Notes: generated from the sequence alone by a model not told the origin. Counted from the first letter of the stretch, positions 1-10,402 are shown. The stretch is 64,000 nt of DNA from Obrimoposthia wandeli (GCA_977020255.1 CDROCS010005705.1:62001-126000); one strand, 5' to 3'. Translations and numbers: made by a program.

Positions 1-204
1 TTGTTGATGGCAATGGGCTATGATTTTTTGTCGATGAATGCTAATAACTTGCCCAAAATAAAATCAGTGATTCGCCAAAGTCAATTTGCTGAAGTCATGG
101 AAATGCTCAAAAGTGTGATGCGTTTGAACGATTCAGAACAGATAAAGCAGCAAATCCAAGATTCTCTAAGCGCAATGGGGTTGTTAGAGCCTAACAGTAA
201 ATAA
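1..204 (+). CDS. ptsP: C-terminal fragment of PEP-protein phosphotransferase EI-Ntr (5' part outside window)
   Basis: LMAMGYDFLSMN..LPKIK resembles the PtsP C-terminus; ptsP-NRDE-lgt-thyA order is typical. Confidence 0.75.
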   Translation: MLMAMGYDFLSMNANNLPKIKSVIRQSQFAEVMEMLKSVMRLNDSEQIKQQIQDSLSAMGLLEPNSK

Positions 205-273
205 TTGTCTGCAGTGTGTAATAAACAGCGGATTAATTGGTGATAACTCTAATGCCTGTTTGTTAGGGGTGTT

Positions 274-1077
274 TTACCTGTTAGCATCACAGCCAAAAAC
301 AGGTAGCTGCATTTCGAAATCTAGCTTTTTCAGCTTTCCCTGCTGGTTAAAGCTGGTTTCACTGATAAGTGTTTTCCCATGTTTGTCTTGTAAAATAATA
401 GTTTTTGCACGTGTTCCGTAATTTTCAAGATTTATAAACTGCGAAGAAAGTGCTTGTTCGAATTCTTTTGCAATACCGGTATCCGGTAGTAGGTCTAAGT
501 TAAAGGGGCGTGGATCATTCAACAAAGACTGCAAACTATCCATCGAGATATCATCTTTGAGCAGTAGTTGTGCAAGTTGCTGTTTGGCGCTTAACAGCTT
601 TGGCCATGGAGTATCTAAAGAAGCGTTACAAAGCCCATATAAGCCTGCTGTTAAAGCACGACCGTAACAATCTTCATGCATAGGGTCTTGGTTACTGCTG
701 AAATATAAACCACTACTATCAGCCGCTAATAAATTATATAAACCGTATTCACTCACACTCTTTTGCGCGCGGTGCAAATAAGGGCCTGCATTTGTGCTGC
801 TCAACAAAAAATCGGTGATCAGCTGGCCTCTTGATAGCGGTTGGGGTTGTGTTTTTTTAGTGACACGTCGAAAGTTGGTCACTGCGCTAAATCGGCCAGA
901 GCGATGTAATCCAAGCCAAGTGCCCTGTAGCTTTAAATCTTGTCCCGCTAATATATCAGTATCATTCGGCCAGTAGTGCATGGCTTCGCTTGGACGTTCG
1001 AAAAACTCATCTCTATTGGCAACTAAAATGAAAGGGTATCGATCGTGTTGTCGATAGGAAAAGGTTATTAGGCACAT
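274..1077 (-). CDS. NRDE/TANGO2 family protein
   Basis: N-terminal MCL, ANRDEFFERP (NRDE) motif, YGTR near the C-terminus. Confidence 0.92.
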   Translation of the reverse strand: MCLITFSYRQHDRYPFILVANRDEFFERPSEAMHYWPNDTDILAGQDLKLQGTWLGLHRSGRFSAVTNFRRVTKKTQPQPLSRGQLITDFLLSSTNAGPYLHRAQKSVSEYGLYNLLAADSSGLYFSSNQDPMHEDCYGRALTAGLYGLCNASLDTPWPKLLSAKQQLAQLLLKDDISMDSLQSLLNDPRPFNLDLLPDTGIAKEFEQALSSQFINLENYGTRAKTIILQDKHGKTLISETSFNQQGKLKKLDFEMQLPVFGCDANR

Positions 1078-1150
1078 GTTGTAAACTCATAAACATAAAT
1101 TGAACTTTAATAGCGATGAATTAGGCGTAGCCTAAATCATCAAGGGTAAA

Positions 1151-1219
1151 TTCCCCGCCTCTTGAGGCGTGAACTTATTAGCACCAAAAGTCACTAGAAA
1201 TACCCCGCTTCACGAAGTG
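1151..1219. repeat. Two related GC-rich hairpins 50 bp apart (REP- or IS200/IS605-end-like)
   Basis: TTCCCCGCCTC-TT-GAGGCG at 1151-1169 and TACCCCGCTTC-AC-GAAGTG at 1201-1219. Confidence 0.45.
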
Positions 1220-1474
1220 AAGTCGAGTGTAGCGAGAGGGCCTGTCCTGGGGATCTTTATTTTTATCAAGGTAGATAAGCTGTCATGCAAAATATATTTA
1301 GCGCTAAACAATTAGATTAATAGCGATTACTTTGCTGTAATATGATGCCAGAAAATTCACTTGCTTGTTGCTGTTGTGATGCAGATTAGAAAATAAAACA
1401 GCGAATGAACGCAAGTTATATTTGAGATTTCAATTATGATGGAATAACAGTGTTTCATTTTTTAAAAGGATTAT

Positions 1475-2281
1475 TTGTATATGTGGGTTCATGACATTAA
1501 CCCTGTCGCGTTAGATTTAGGCTTTATTCAAGTGCATTGGTATGGATTGATGTACCTGATAGGTTTTGCTGCTGCTCTGTTGTTAGGCAATTATAGAGCA
1601 GATAAAGCTAATTCTGGTTGGAATCGTGAGCAGGTCTCAGATTTTATTTTTTGGGGTGCTGTGGGTGTGGTGCTTGGAGGGCGCTTTGGTTATGTGCTCT
1701 TTTATAATTTTGATCGCTTTTTAGATTCTCCCTTATGGCTGTTTAAAGTTTGGGAGGGTGGAATGTCTTTTCATGGTGGGTTACTAGGTGTCATCGTAGC
1801 GCTGTGGTTCTTCGGAAAAAACACTAAAAAAACACTCGCTCAAATGGCTGATTTTGTTGCTCCTTTAGTGGCAATTGGGCTGGGAGCAGGGCGTATAGGT
1901 AATTTCATTGGTGGCGAATTATGGGGGCGTCCTACGGATGTTTCTTGGGCGGTAATCTTTCCTAAGATAGATGAATTACCACGTCATCCATCACAGTTGT
2001 ATGAAGCGTTTTTAGAAGGGGTTGTGATGTTTATAATCCTCTGGGTTTATTCTGCGAAGCCAAGGCCAGCCTTTGCCGTCTCCGGGTTGTTTCTGATTCT
2101 TTACGGGTGCTTTAGAAGTTTTGTTGAGCTTTTCCGTGAACCGGATGGGCATATAGGGTTTATAGCATTTGGCTGGTTAACTAAAGGACAGCTATTATCG
2201 CTGCCTATGATATTGATCGGTATTGCTTTCATGGCATACGGCTATTTGTACAAACAGCAAAAATCACAATCAGGAGTGTAA
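1475..2281 (+). CDS. lgt: Prolipoprotein diacylglyceryl transferase
   Basis: [31 protein letters not shown] motifs; start is TTG 1475 or ATG 1481. Confidence 0.97.
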   Translation: MYMWVHDINPVALDLGFIQVHWYGLMYLIGFAAALLLGNYRADKANSGWNREQVSDFIFWGAVGVVLGGRFGYVLFYNFDRFLDSPLWLFKVWEGGMSFHGGLLGVIVALWFFGKNTKKTLAQMADFVAPLVAIGLGAGRIGNFIGGELWGRPTDVSWAVIFPKIDELPRHPSQLYEAFLEGVVMFIILWVYSAKPRPAFAVSGLFLILYGCFRSFVELFREPDGHIGFIAFGWLTKGQLLSLPMILIGIAFMAYGYLYKQQKSQSGV

Positions 2282-2282
2282 A

Positions 2283-3125
2283 GTGCAACAGTATTTAGAT
2301 TTACTGCAAGAAATCGCCTTTGATGGCACCGATAAAGGCGATCGCACCGGTACTGGCACGCGTTCAGTTTTTGGTCGTCAGTTACGTTTTGATTTAGCTG
2401 AAGGTTTTCCGTTACTAACCACAAAAAAAGTACATATCAAATCGATAATTTATGAGCTTCTATGGTTTCTAAATGGTGATATCAATAATAATTGGCTAGC
2501 TAATCACGGTGTGAAGATTTGGAATGAATGGGCTTTAGAAGACGGAGATTTAGGGCCGATATACGGCAAACAATGGCGTTCTTGGGCTTGTCCAGATGGG
2601 ACCAGCATCGATCAAATGGCGCAGTTAGTGGAGATGATTAAAACTAACCCTAATTCGCGGCGCTTAATAGTGAGTGGCTGGAACCCGGCTGATCTACCTG
2701 ATGAAAGCTTGAGTATTTCACAGAACATTAAAAATGGTAAAGCGGCTCTGCCACCTTGTCATACGTTGTTTCAATTCTATGTGGCTAATGGCAAGCTGAG
2801 CTGTCAGCTGTATCAGCGAAGTGCTGATTATTTCCTTGGTGTGCCTTTTAATATCGCATCTTACGCGCTTTTAACGCATATGGTGGCACAGCAGTGTGAT
2901 CTAGAAGTGGGTGATTTTGTGCACACCTTTGGTGATACGCACCTTTATCAGAATCATTTGAATGACCCAGAAATAGTAGCTGAACAGCTAACTCGCGTTC
3001 CAGCGGCGCTCCCTAAATTGGTAATTAAGCGCAAAGCAGCTAGTTTGTTTGATTATGAGTACGATGATTTTGCCATAGAGGGTTACGCTCCTGCTGCAGT
3101 TATTCGTGCACCAATTTCTGTTTAG
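2283..3125 (+). CDS. thyA: Thymidylate synthase
   Basis: DRTGTGT, LPPCH catalytic Cys, YQRSAD, PFNIASY; GTG start at 2283 right after the lgt stop (ORF track overextends to 2223). Confidence 0.97.
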   Translation: MQQYLDLLQEIAFDGTDKGDRTGTGTRSVFGRQLRFDLAEGFPLLTTKKVHIKSIIYELLWFLNGDINNNWLANHGVKIWNEWALEDGDLGPIYGKQWRSWACPDGTSIDQMAQLVEMIKTNPNSRRLIVSGWNPADLPDESLSISQNIKNGKAALPPCHTLFQFYVANGKLSCQLYQRSADYFLGVPFNIASYALLTHMVAQQCDLEVGDFVHTFGDTHLYQNHLNDPEIVAEQLTRVPAALPKLVIKRKAASLFDYEYDDFAIEGYAPAAVIRAPISV

Positions 3126-3186
3126 CTAATTATATAAGTAGAAATAGAAGTTTAGAAGTTAGAAAATCAAGGTTAAAGGTACATAT

Positions 3187-3711
3187 ATGAAACTGGCTAT
3201 CATCGTTGCTCAATCAAATAATCGTGTTATAGGTAAAGATAATGATTTGCCATGGCGCTTGCCCAAGGATCTGCAATACTTTAAACAAGTTACCTTAGGC
3301 AAGCCTATTATCATGGGGCGTAAGACTTATGAATCTATAGGTAAACCTTTACCCGGAAGAGTTAATATTGTGATTACCAGTAATAAAGATTTTATTGCTG
3401 AGGGAACTGAAGTTGTTAATAGCTTGCCAGCAGCAGTTAAACTGGCGGAAAATATTTGTAAAGATGCCGAGCAGCCAGAAGCGATGTTAATCGGAGGAGC
3501 ACAGATCTACCAACAGGCTATCTCGCTTGCCGATACACTATATATTACAGAAGTGGATGCGGTAATTGAAGGGGATGCTTTCTTCCCTGAGTACGATCGC
3601 GCGAATTATATAGAGCAGAAAAGAGACAAGCACTTAGCGGATATTAAAAACCCGTATGACTATAGTTTCGTGGTTTATCAAAAGATTAACAAAAGATTAG
3701 CAGATGATTGA
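3187..3711 (+). CDS. folA: Dihydrofolate reductase
   Basis: VIGKDNDLPW, IMGRKTYESIG.PLPGR.N, IGGAQIY, GDAFFP. Confidence 0.97.
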   Translation: MKLAIIVAQSNNRVIGKDNDLPWRLPKDLQYFKQVTLGKPIIMGRKTYESIGKPLPGRVNIVITSNKDFIAEGTEVVNSLPAAVKLAENICKDAEQPEAMLIGGAQIYQQAISLADTLYITEVDAVIEGDAFFPEYDRANYIEQKRDKHLADIKNPYDYSFVVYQKINKRLADD

Positions 3712-4678
3712 TTTAGCCTTACTGAAAATACTGGCAGATGCTAAATTTCATTCAGGGACAGCACTGGGTGAAGCATTAAATATCAGTCGCAGTGCTGTAT
3801 GGAAGCAAATGAAAGATTTGCAAGAGCATGGTGTAGAGGTATATAGCGTGCGCGGCAGGGGTTATCGCTTACCAGAAGGTTTGGATTTGTTAGATGTTGA
3901 GCGATTTAAGCACTTTTCTAGTGTGCAATGCATAGAGTCGCTAGAGCACATTGAGCTTAATACGTTCACTGACTCTACTAATTTGATGGCTTTGCGCAAG
4001 GCTAATGAATACAGGCATGGCGCGCTATATCTGACTGAGTATCAGCATGCAGGCAGAGGTCGCCGTGGGAGGACTTGGGTAGGCTCATTAGCAACTAATA
4101 TTTATTTCTCGCTGATGTGGCGTTTTACAGGTGGTGCAGTTGCATTAGAAGGGTTGAGCTTAGTCGTGGGTTTATCAATTGTGCAAAGCATAGCGCAGTT
4201 AGGTATTAAAGGTATAGAGTTGAAATGGCCAAACGATTTGTTGTATCAGGGCAGAAAACTGGCGGGGATATTGATAGAAATGCAAGGGGATGCATCGGGT
4301 GATATCTCGGTTGTAATCGGAGTGGGTGTTAATGTGAAAATGGATAAAGCATCTGCACAAGCAGCAGCTATTGATCAGCCTTGGATTGATTTAACGCGAA
4401 TTAGTGACAGAGCGATTGATAGAAACAAGTTGCTCGCAGTAATGATAAGCAAGCTTGTAGAAAACTTATGTTTGTTTGAGAAAGAAGGGTTTAAGGCATT
4501 TATAGAAGCCTGGCATCGGTGTCATGTCTACCAAGATAGCGACGTAAAGCTATTGCTAGGCGATAAAACGATTGAGGGGATTTGTCGTGGCGTGAATAAG
4601 CAAGGTGCATTACTGTTAGAGCGCTATGGGGAGGTAGAAGCGTTCCATGGCGGAGAGGTTAGTGTAAGAAAGGCATAA
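3704..4678 (+). CDS. birA: Bifunctional biotin ligase/repressor
   Basis: N-terminal HTH (HSG..LG..L.ISRSAVWK), GRGRRGRTW, KWPND, KLAGILIE. Confidence 0.96.
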   Translation: MIDLALLKILADAKFHSGTALGEALNISRSAVWKQMKDLQEHGVEVYSVRGRGYRLPEGLDLLDVERFKHFSSVQCIESLEHIELNTFTDSTNLMALRKANEYRHGALYLTEYQHAGRGRRGRTWVGSLATNIYFSLMWRFTGGAVALEGLSLVVGLSIVQSIAQLGIKGIELKWPNDLLYQGRKLAGILIEMQGDASGDISVVIGVGVNVKMDKASAQAAAIDQPWIDLTRISDRAIDRNKLLAVMISKLVENLCLFEKEGFKAFIEAWHRCHVYQDSDVKLLLGDKTIEGICRGVNKQGALLLERYGEVEAFHGGEVSVRKA

Positions 4679-4744
4679 GGGCGTAGTGTAAGGAAGGGCG
4701 TACAGTAAAACACTTAATAGTAAGTAAATGAGTGCACTATAAAA

Positions 4745-5569
4745 ATGTCGGAAAATAGATTAGAGATTGATGTAGGTAATACATTTTGCAAGTGGCGTGT
4801 AACGCAATCAGATTTTATTGTTGCCCACGGTAAGTTGCTTACCAGTGAATTGGTTGGTACACAGTTAGCAACTATCAAGTTAGAAGAGTATAGCAACAAG
4901 TCCGAAATTCCGCTTTGTTATAAATTTATTCATATTGTAAGCCGCTACCAAAATTCCAGTCATGCTACTTTTTTAGCAGATATACCAATCCATCAAGCAG
5001 TAGTCTGTTCCGTAGCAAGCACTGAATCTAATGATCATCTTGAAAGTGAAATAAAAACAATTTGGGGTTTGCATGCAAAGTTTTTCAAGACCCAAGCAGA
5101 AACAGCAGGCTTAATTAATAGTTATCAAGATCCTTGCAAAATGGGCGCTGATAGATGGCTGGCTAGCATAGCAGCAAAACACTTATATCCTGGTCAAGCT
5201 CTATGTATTGCTGATTGTGGTAGTGCTATTAATGTTGAGTTCTTGTCGGCGACTGCGGAGCACTTAGGAGGATATATAGTGCCGGGAGTGGGGTTGATGC
5301 AGCAAAGCTTATTGCAAAACACGGCAAGGGTCACGCAAACTAAGCTAGAAGCAGAGTTGGCGCTCGGTAAAAATACTGCATCTTGCGTTGCGAATGGCAG
5401 CTTGTTTACGGCGGTCGCTTTGTTAGAAAAGCTGCAAAGGCAAATGCAGTCTTGTTCGGGCCTGTTAATCATAACAGGTGGCGATGCGCAATCTCTTGCC
5501 GAGCATGTTCAGCAGCCAAATGTGGTTTGTAGAGTAGATTTAGTGTTAGATGGCTTTCAATTTATCTAG
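4745..5569 (+). CDS. coaX: Type III pantothenate kinase
   Basis: DVGNT, GADRW, GGYIVPG, TGGDA, DLVLDG; follows birA. Confidence 0.9.
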   Translation: MSENRLEIDVGNTFCKWRVTQSDFIVAHGKLLTSELVGTQLATIKLEEYSNKSEIPLCYKFIHIVSRYQNSSHATFLADIPIHQAVVCSVASTESNDHLESEIKTIWGLHAKFFKTQAETAGLINSYQDPCKMGADRWLASIAAKHLYPGQALCIADCGSAINVEFLSATAEHLGGYIVPGVGLMQQSLLQNTARVTQTKLEAELALGKNTASCVANGSLFTAVALLEKLQRQMQSCSGLLIITGGDAQSLAEHVQQPNVVCRVDLVLDGFQFI

Positions 5570-5591
5570 AGATTTGGCGTTAGGGGTTGTA

Positions 5592-5831
5592 ATGACATTG
5601 AGATGGCTGTTGGTATATTGCGTACTAATAAATTTTTTGATATTTACTTGGTACGCAGTTAGTTACGATGAAAACGGTAATATGCAACTAAATAATCAGG
5701 GAATTGAGTTGTTAGGTATTAAGGATCATCCTATGTTCTTAAATGAACTTGATAAGCTGTCGTTAAATGCTCCCATTGTAATGACTGACGAAGTGTCAGA
5801 AAGTGAATTGATAAAAATAACGAAGGATTAA
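5592..5831 (+). CDS. Short membrane-anchored hypothetical protein
   Basis: MTLRWLLVYCVLINFLIFTW hydrophobic N-terminus; occupies the position of the conserved gene after coaX but is only ~79 aa. Confidence 0.55.
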   Translation: MTLRWLLVYCVLINFLIFTWYAVSYDENGNMQLNNQGIELLGIKDHPMFLNELDKLSLNAPIVMTDEVSESELIKITKD

Positions 5832-6031
5832 AATAATAAAGGGAGTGAGGGGCAGAATTATTCTTTATAAGGAAATGAATAATTGTACAGACTACAACTT
5901 TCTAGGATCTCAATGTCACTGTAATTCAGCTGTATTTACTTAGATACAGCAGCTATTGATGTTTTTATAATCAGTAAAAGGCTCAAATAAATAAAAGATG
6001 GCAATAAATATAAAAAAAGTGAAATAAGGGG

Positions 6032-6060
6032 TTGCATCGATATAGGCCCGTGAGTATTAT
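6032..6060 (+). promoter_or_regulatory. Sigma70 promoter of the tRNA-tufB operon
   Basis: TTGCAT-17bp-TATTAT, GC-rich discriminator GTGCGCC, upstream A-tracts. Confidence 0.8.
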
Positions 6061-6080
6061 GTGCGCCACTTCAACGCAGT

Positions 6081-6087
6081 GCCGACA

Positions 6088-6128
<41 letters not shown>

Positions 6129-6156
6129 CCGAGTTCGACTCTTGGTGTCGGCACCA
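6081..6156 (+). tRNA. tRNA-Thr(TGT)
   Basis: Cloverleaf; ACTGA-CT-TGT-AA-TCAGT anticodon arm; encoded CCA. Confidence 0.97.
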
Positions 6157-6203
6157 TCTTAAAGGTAACTTTTTGATAAGTGTTGGAGTAAAATTAAATT
6201 GCT

Positions 6204-6287
6204 GGTGGGGTTCCCGAGTGGCCAAAGGGATCAGACTGTAAATCTGACGCGAAAGCTTCGGTGGTTCGAATCCACCTCCCACCACCA
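6204..6287 (+). tRNA. tRNA-Tyr(GTA)
   Basis: TCAGA-CT-GTA-AA-TCTGA arm, long variable arm, CCA. Confidence 0.97.
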
Positions 6288-6302
6288 TTTAATTTAAGAT
6301 AT

Positions 6303-6317
6303 GCGGGTATGGTATAG

Positions 6318-6348
<31 letters not shown>

Positions 6349-6377
6349 GGTGGGTTCGATTCCCACTACCCGCTCCA
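6303..6377 (+). tRNA. tRNA-Gly(TCC)
   Basis: TCAGC-CT-TCC-AA-GCTGA arm, CCA. Confidence 0.97.
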
Positions 6378-6425
6378 ATTTAGGCTTGAGATGAGTAAGA
6401 AGGTCTTGAGTCACGGAGAGATTTC

Positions 6426-6500
6426 GCTCATGTAGCTCAGGGGTAGAGCACACCCTTGGTAAGGGTGAGGTCGGCGGTTCAATTCCGCCCATGAGCTCCA
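6426..6500 (+). tRNA. tRNA-Thr(GGT)
   Basis: CACCC-TT-GGT-AA-GGGTG arm, CCA; completes the Thr-Tyr-Gly-Thr-tuf layout. Confidence 0.97.
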
Positions 6501-6575
6501 TGATTACTAGGGTAGATATAGAGATATGTCTGCCCTTTGTTGTATGTGACACAATCTAACAGTTGAGATAAAGCA

Positions 6576-7799
6576 ATGGCTAAGCAAGCATTTGAACGTA
6601 ACCTGCCTCACATTAACGTTGGTACTATTGGCCACGTTGACCACGGCAAAACAACTTTAACAGCAGCACTTACTCGTGTATGTGCTGAAGTATACGGCGG
6701 CGAAGCCGTTGCTTTTGATGGTATCGATAACGCTCCTGAAGAGCGTGAGCGCGGTATCACAATCTCAACTTCACACGTTGAATATGAATCAACTATTCGT
6801 CACTACGCACACGTAGATTGCCCAGGTCACGCCGATTATGTTAAAAACATGATCACTGGTGCTGCGCAAATGGACGGTGGTATCTTAGTATGTGGCGCAA
6901 CTGATGGTCCTATGCCACAAACACGTGAGCACATCTTGCTTTCGCGTCAGGTTGGTGTTCCTTTCATCGTTGTTTTCCTAAACAAAGCTGATCTTCTTGC
7001 AGAAGATTGCGGCGGCGTTGGTACTGAAGAGTACGACGAGATGCTAGAGCTTGTTGAAATGGAACTTCGTGAGTTGTTAGATCAATACGACTTCCCTGGT
7101 GACGACACTCCAATTATTGCTGGTTCTGCTCTGATGGCGCTTAACGGCGAAGATGAGAATGAGCTTGGTACTACTGCTGTTAGAAAGCTAATCGAAGCGC
7201 TAGATACGTATATTCCTGATCCTGAGCGCGCTATCGATGGTGCATTCTTAATGCCTATCGAAGATGTTTTCTCTATCTCAGGTCGTGGTACTGTTGTTAC
7301 TGGTCGTGTTGAGCGCGGTATCGTTAATACTGGATCTGAAGTTGAAATCGTTGGTGTTCGTGACACGGTTAAGACTACTTGTACTGGTGTTGAAATGTTC
7401 CGTAAGCTGCTTGACGAAGGTCGTGCTGGTGAGAACATTGGTGCACTTCTACGTGGTACTAAGCGTGAAGATGTTGAGCGTGGTCAGGTTCTTGCTGCTC
7501 CAGGTTCAATTACTCCGCACACAGGCTTCGAAGGTGAAGTTTATGTATTGAGTAAAGAAGAGGGTGGTCGTCATACTCCTTTCTTTAAAGGTTATCGTCC
7601 GCAGTTCTTCTTCCGTACGACAGATATTACGGGTGACGTACAGTTGCCTGAAGGCGTTGAAATGGTAATGCCTGGTGATAACGTTAAAATGGTTGTTGAG
7701 CTAATTAACCCAATCGCGATGGAAGAAGGTTTACGCTTCGCTATCCGTGAAGGTGGCCGTACTGTTGGTGCGGGTGTTGTTTCAAAAATTACCAAGTAA
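6576..7799 (+). CDS. tuf: Elongation factor Tu (tRNA-linked copy)
   Basis: [17 protein letters not shown]; 407 aa. Confidence 0.99.
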   Translation: MAKQAFERNLPHINVGTIGHVDHGKTTLTAALTRVCAEVYGGEAVAFDGIDNAPEERERGITISTSHVEYESTIRHYAHVDCPGHADYVKNMITGAAQMDGGILVCGATDGPMPQTREHILLSRQVGVPFIVVFLNKADLLAEDCGGVGTEEYDEMLELVEMELRELLDQYDFPGDDTPIIAGSALMALNGEDENELGTTAVRKLIEALDTYIPDPERAIDGAFLMPIEDVFSISGRGTVVTGRVERGIVNTGSEVEIVGVRDTVKTTCTGVEMFRKLLDEGRAGENIGALLRGTKREDVERGQVLAAPGSITPHTGFEGEVYVLSKEEGGRHTPFFKGYRPQFFFRTTDITGDVQLPEGVEMVMPGDNVKMVVELINPIAMEEGLRFAIREGGRTVGAGVVSKITK

Positions 7800-7827
7800 A
7801 TAATATTATAAATATAGTGTTATAAGC

Positions 7828-7856
7828 TTGTTAAATAACTAGGTTGCGAGTATAAT
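7828..7856 (+). promoter_or_regulatory. Promoter for tRNA-Trp-secE-nusG
   Basis: TTGTTA-17bp-TATAAT. Confidence 0.65.
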
Positions 7857-7875
7857 TTGCATCCTAGTTTTTAGT

Positions 7876-7884
7876 AGGTCAGTG

Positions 7885-7924
<40 letters not shown>

Positions 7925-7951
7925 TGGGTTCGAGTCCCTCCTGGCCTGCCA
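7876..7951 (+). tRNA. tRNA-Trp(CCA)
   Basis: GCGGT-CT-CCA-AA-ACCGC arm, CCA end, lies before secE. Confidence 0.96.
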
Positions 7952-8032
7952 TTCTTAATCAAGAATGGCATCTAAAAGAAGATTGAAAATAGTATCCAAA
8001 TATAAACGAACACCATTTTAGAGGCATGCAAC

Positions 8033-8401
8033 GTGAGTTCAAAGATTGAAGCTACTGAGTCTAAACTCGATGGATTAAAATGGTTGGTAGTGGTGGTGCT
8101 TGTTGCCGCTGGTGTTGTGGGTAATTCAATCTACGCTGATCAATCTCTACTTTACCGTGTAATTGCTATGTTAGTCATAGCGGGTGTTGCAGGTTTCGTG
8201 GCGTTTCAAACAGCAAAGGGTGCGGCATTTTTTGCGCACATGAAAGAATCAAAAAACGAAATTCGCAAAGTGGTTTGGCCTACTCGTCAAGAGACAGGGC
8301 AGACGACGATGATGGTTGTGGGTGTTGTAATTATCATTGGCATCTTACTATGGGGTTTAGATACCTTCCTAGGTTGGGTTGTCTCTAGTGTAATCGGTTA
8401 G
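8033..8401 (+). CDS. secE: Preprotein translocase subunit SecE
   Basis: Three TM segments, [13 protein letters not shown] motif. Confidence 0.96.
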   Translation: MSSKIEATESKLDGLKWLVVVVLVAAGVVGNSIYADQSLLYRVIAMLVIAGVAGFVAFQTAKGAAFFAHMKESKNEIRKVVWPTRQETGQTTMMVVGVVIIIGILLWGLDTFLGWVVSSVIG

Positions 8402-8411
8402 GGCAAAAGTT

Positions 8412-8948
8412 ATGGCGAAGAATTGGTTTATTATTCATGCTTACTCTAACTATGAAAAGCGTGTAGTAGCATCATTAAAAGATCGTATCGAAAATAATGA
8501 TATGGAAGATTTTTTTGGTGAGATTTTAGTACCTTCGGAAGAAGTGGTTGAGATCAGAGATGGTAAAAAGCGCAGATCAGAGCGCAAGTTCTATCCAGGT
8601 TATGTGTTCATTGAAATGGAAATGAACGATGATACTTGGCAGTTAGTTAAGCATACCGACCGTGTATTAGGTTTTATAGGTGGTAAGCGAGACCAGCCAG
8701 CACCAATTACTCAGCGCGAAGCAGATGAGATGTTGTCTAGAGTAAGAAGTGGTAGTGAAGATTTGCCGCGTCCTAAGACAGTATTTGAACCTGGTGAGAT
8801 TGTACGCGTTACTGATGGTCCATTTGCAGATTTCGATGGCACGGTAGAAGAAGTTGATTACGAAAAGAATAAGATGAAGGTGGCGGTCTTGATATTTGGA
8901 AGATCAACCCCTGTTGAGCTTGAGTTTGGTCAAGTTTCAAAAATATAA
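8412..8948 (+). CDS. nusG: Transcription factor NusG
   Basis: NGN domain ([10 protein letters not shown]) plus KOW domain ([11 protein letters not shown]). Confidence 0.98.
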   Translation: MAKNWFIIHAYSNYEKRVVASLKDRIENNDMEDFFGEILVPSEEVVEIRDGKKRRSERKFYPGYVFIEMEMNDDTWQLVKHTDRVLGFIGGKRDQPAPITQREADEMLSRVRSGSEDLPRPKTVFEPGEIVRVTDGPFADFDGTVEEVDYEKNKMKVAVLIFGRSTPVELEFGQVSKI

Positions 8949-9011
8949 AAGTATTTGTTTTACTAAGATCCCTGCCTTTTCTGAAGGTGGGGATTCTTTG
9001 TCTATAGAGAA

Positions 9012-9045
9012 TGGGAAGCTGCAAGGCGTTTGACCCAATTAGGAG
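9012..9045 (+). promoter_or_regulatory. Probable L1-binding leader of rplK-rplA
   Basis: GGGAAGCTGCAAGGCGTTTGACCC stem with internal loop directly before the rplK SD, resembling the enterobacterial L1 operator. Confidence 0.55.
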
Positions 9046-9051
9046 TTAGAA

Positions 9052-9486
9052 ATGGCTAAGAAAATCACGGCTTATATTAAGCTACAAGTAAAAGCAGGAC
9101 AGGCAAATCCTAGTCCACCAGTTGGACCAGCGCTTGGTCAGCATGGTGTTAATATCATGGAATTCTGTAAGGCGTTTAACGCTGCTACACAATCTAATGA
9201 GCCTGGAATGCCAATTCCTGTTGTTATTACTGTTCATTCAGATCGTAGTTTTACATTTGTTACTAAGACTCCACCAGCCTCTATTCTTTTAAAGAAAGCT
9301 GCAGGTCTTAAGAGTGGTTCTGCACGTCCTAACACTGAGAAGGTGGGTACTGTTACTCGCGCTCAGTTAGAAGAAATTGCTACGGTTAAAATGGCTGATT
9401 TAACAGCATCAGATATGGATGCAGCGGTTCGTACTATCTCAGGTTCTGCTCGCAGCATGGGCTTAATGGTTGAGGGTGAAGAATAA
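9052..9486 (+). CDS. rplK: 50S ribosomal protein L11
   Basis: [15 protein letters not shown]. Confidence 0.99.
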   Translation: MAKKITAYIKLQVKAGQANPSPPVGPALGQHGVNIMEFCKAFNAATQSNEPGMPIPVVITVHSDRSFTFVTKTPPASILLKKAAGLKSGSARPNTEKVGTVTRAQLEEIATVKMADLTASDMDAAVRTISGSARSMGLMVEGEE

Positions 9487-10181
9487 TGGCTAAGCTAACT
9501 AAACGTTTTAAAGCGATTAATGAAAAGCTAGTAGCTGGTAAGGCTTATGCTATCGATGATGCGGTTGCTCTTCTTGCTGATGTCTCTGCAGTTAAATTTA
9601 AAGAATCTATCGAAATTGCAGTTAACTTGGGTGTAGACCCACGTAAATCTGACCAGGTTGTTCGTGGATCAACTGTAATGCCTTCAGGTACTGGTAAAGA
9701 TGTACGTGTTGCTGTTTTCGCTCAAGGCGAAAATGCTGAAAAAGCTAAAGCAGCTGGCGCAGATATCGTAGGTTTTGAAGACCTAGGTGAAGCAATTAAA
9801 GGCGGCGAAATGAACTTCGACGTAGTTATTGCAACTCCAGATGCAATGCGTGTTGTAGGTCAGTTAGGTCAGATATTAGGCCCACGTGGTTTAATGCCTA
9901 ACCCTAAAGTTGGTACAGTTACACCTGATGTTGTTACTGCTATCAAGAACGCTAAAGCTGGTCAAGTACGTTTTCGTACTGACAAAAATGGCATCATCCA
10001 TGCAGGTATCGGTAAAGTCGATTTCACAGCAGATGCTATTAAGACAAACATTGAAGCATTGGTTGCTGAAGTTAAGAAACTTAAACCTGCTTCTGCTAAG
10101 GGTGTTTACCTTAAGAAAATTATCTTGTCCTCTACAATGGGTCCAGGTCTTTTGATTGATCAAACGTCTTTAGATATTTAA
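9486..10181 (+). CDS. rplA: 50S ribosomal protein L1
   Basis: [29 protein letters not shown]. Confidence 0.99.
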   Translation: MAKLTKRFKAINEKLVAGKAYAIDDAVALLADVSAVKFKESIEIAVNLGVDPRKSDQVVRGSTVMPSGTGKDVRVAVFAQGENAEKAKAAGADIVGFEDLGEAIKGGEMNFDVVIATPDAMRVVGQLGQILGPRGLMPNPKVGTVTPDVVTAIKNAKAGQVRFRTDKNGIIHAGIGKVDFTADAIKTNIEALVAEVKKLKPASAKGVYLKKIILSSTMGPGLLIDQTSLDI

Positions 10182-10261
10182 TAAACAAAGCTAATTTAGC
10201 TTAGTTTAAAAAGGTTTTTTGAGGGTCTTCACCCTCTGCTAGACAGAGACGAAGACCGTTA

Positions 10262-10329
10262 AAGACCGCAGGTGATTTTAGTACTTATGTATTGATTTCT
10301 TAATGACGCAAGTCGGCCTGCGCAAACGG
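10262..10329 (+). promoter_or_regulatory. L10 leader (autogenous control of rplJL)
   Basis: AAGACCGCAGG...TTAA...GGCCTGCGCAAACGG matches the L10-leader pattern. Confidence 0.75.
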
Positions 10330-10402
10330 TGAGTACCACCGTACTCGTTAACAAACCAAGTTGGTTTGTACAAATGACCGAAAGGTTTTTTAGGAGTTTA
10401 TT

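Noticed and set aside
5983-6552. Minus-strand ORFs 5983..6288 and 6289..6552
   Set aside because: They are antisense readings of the tRNA cluster
7923-7941. U-U mismatch in the tRNA-Trp T-stem
   Set aside because: A single mismatch in an otherwise canonical tRNA at its usual locus; not evidence of a pseudogene or recoding
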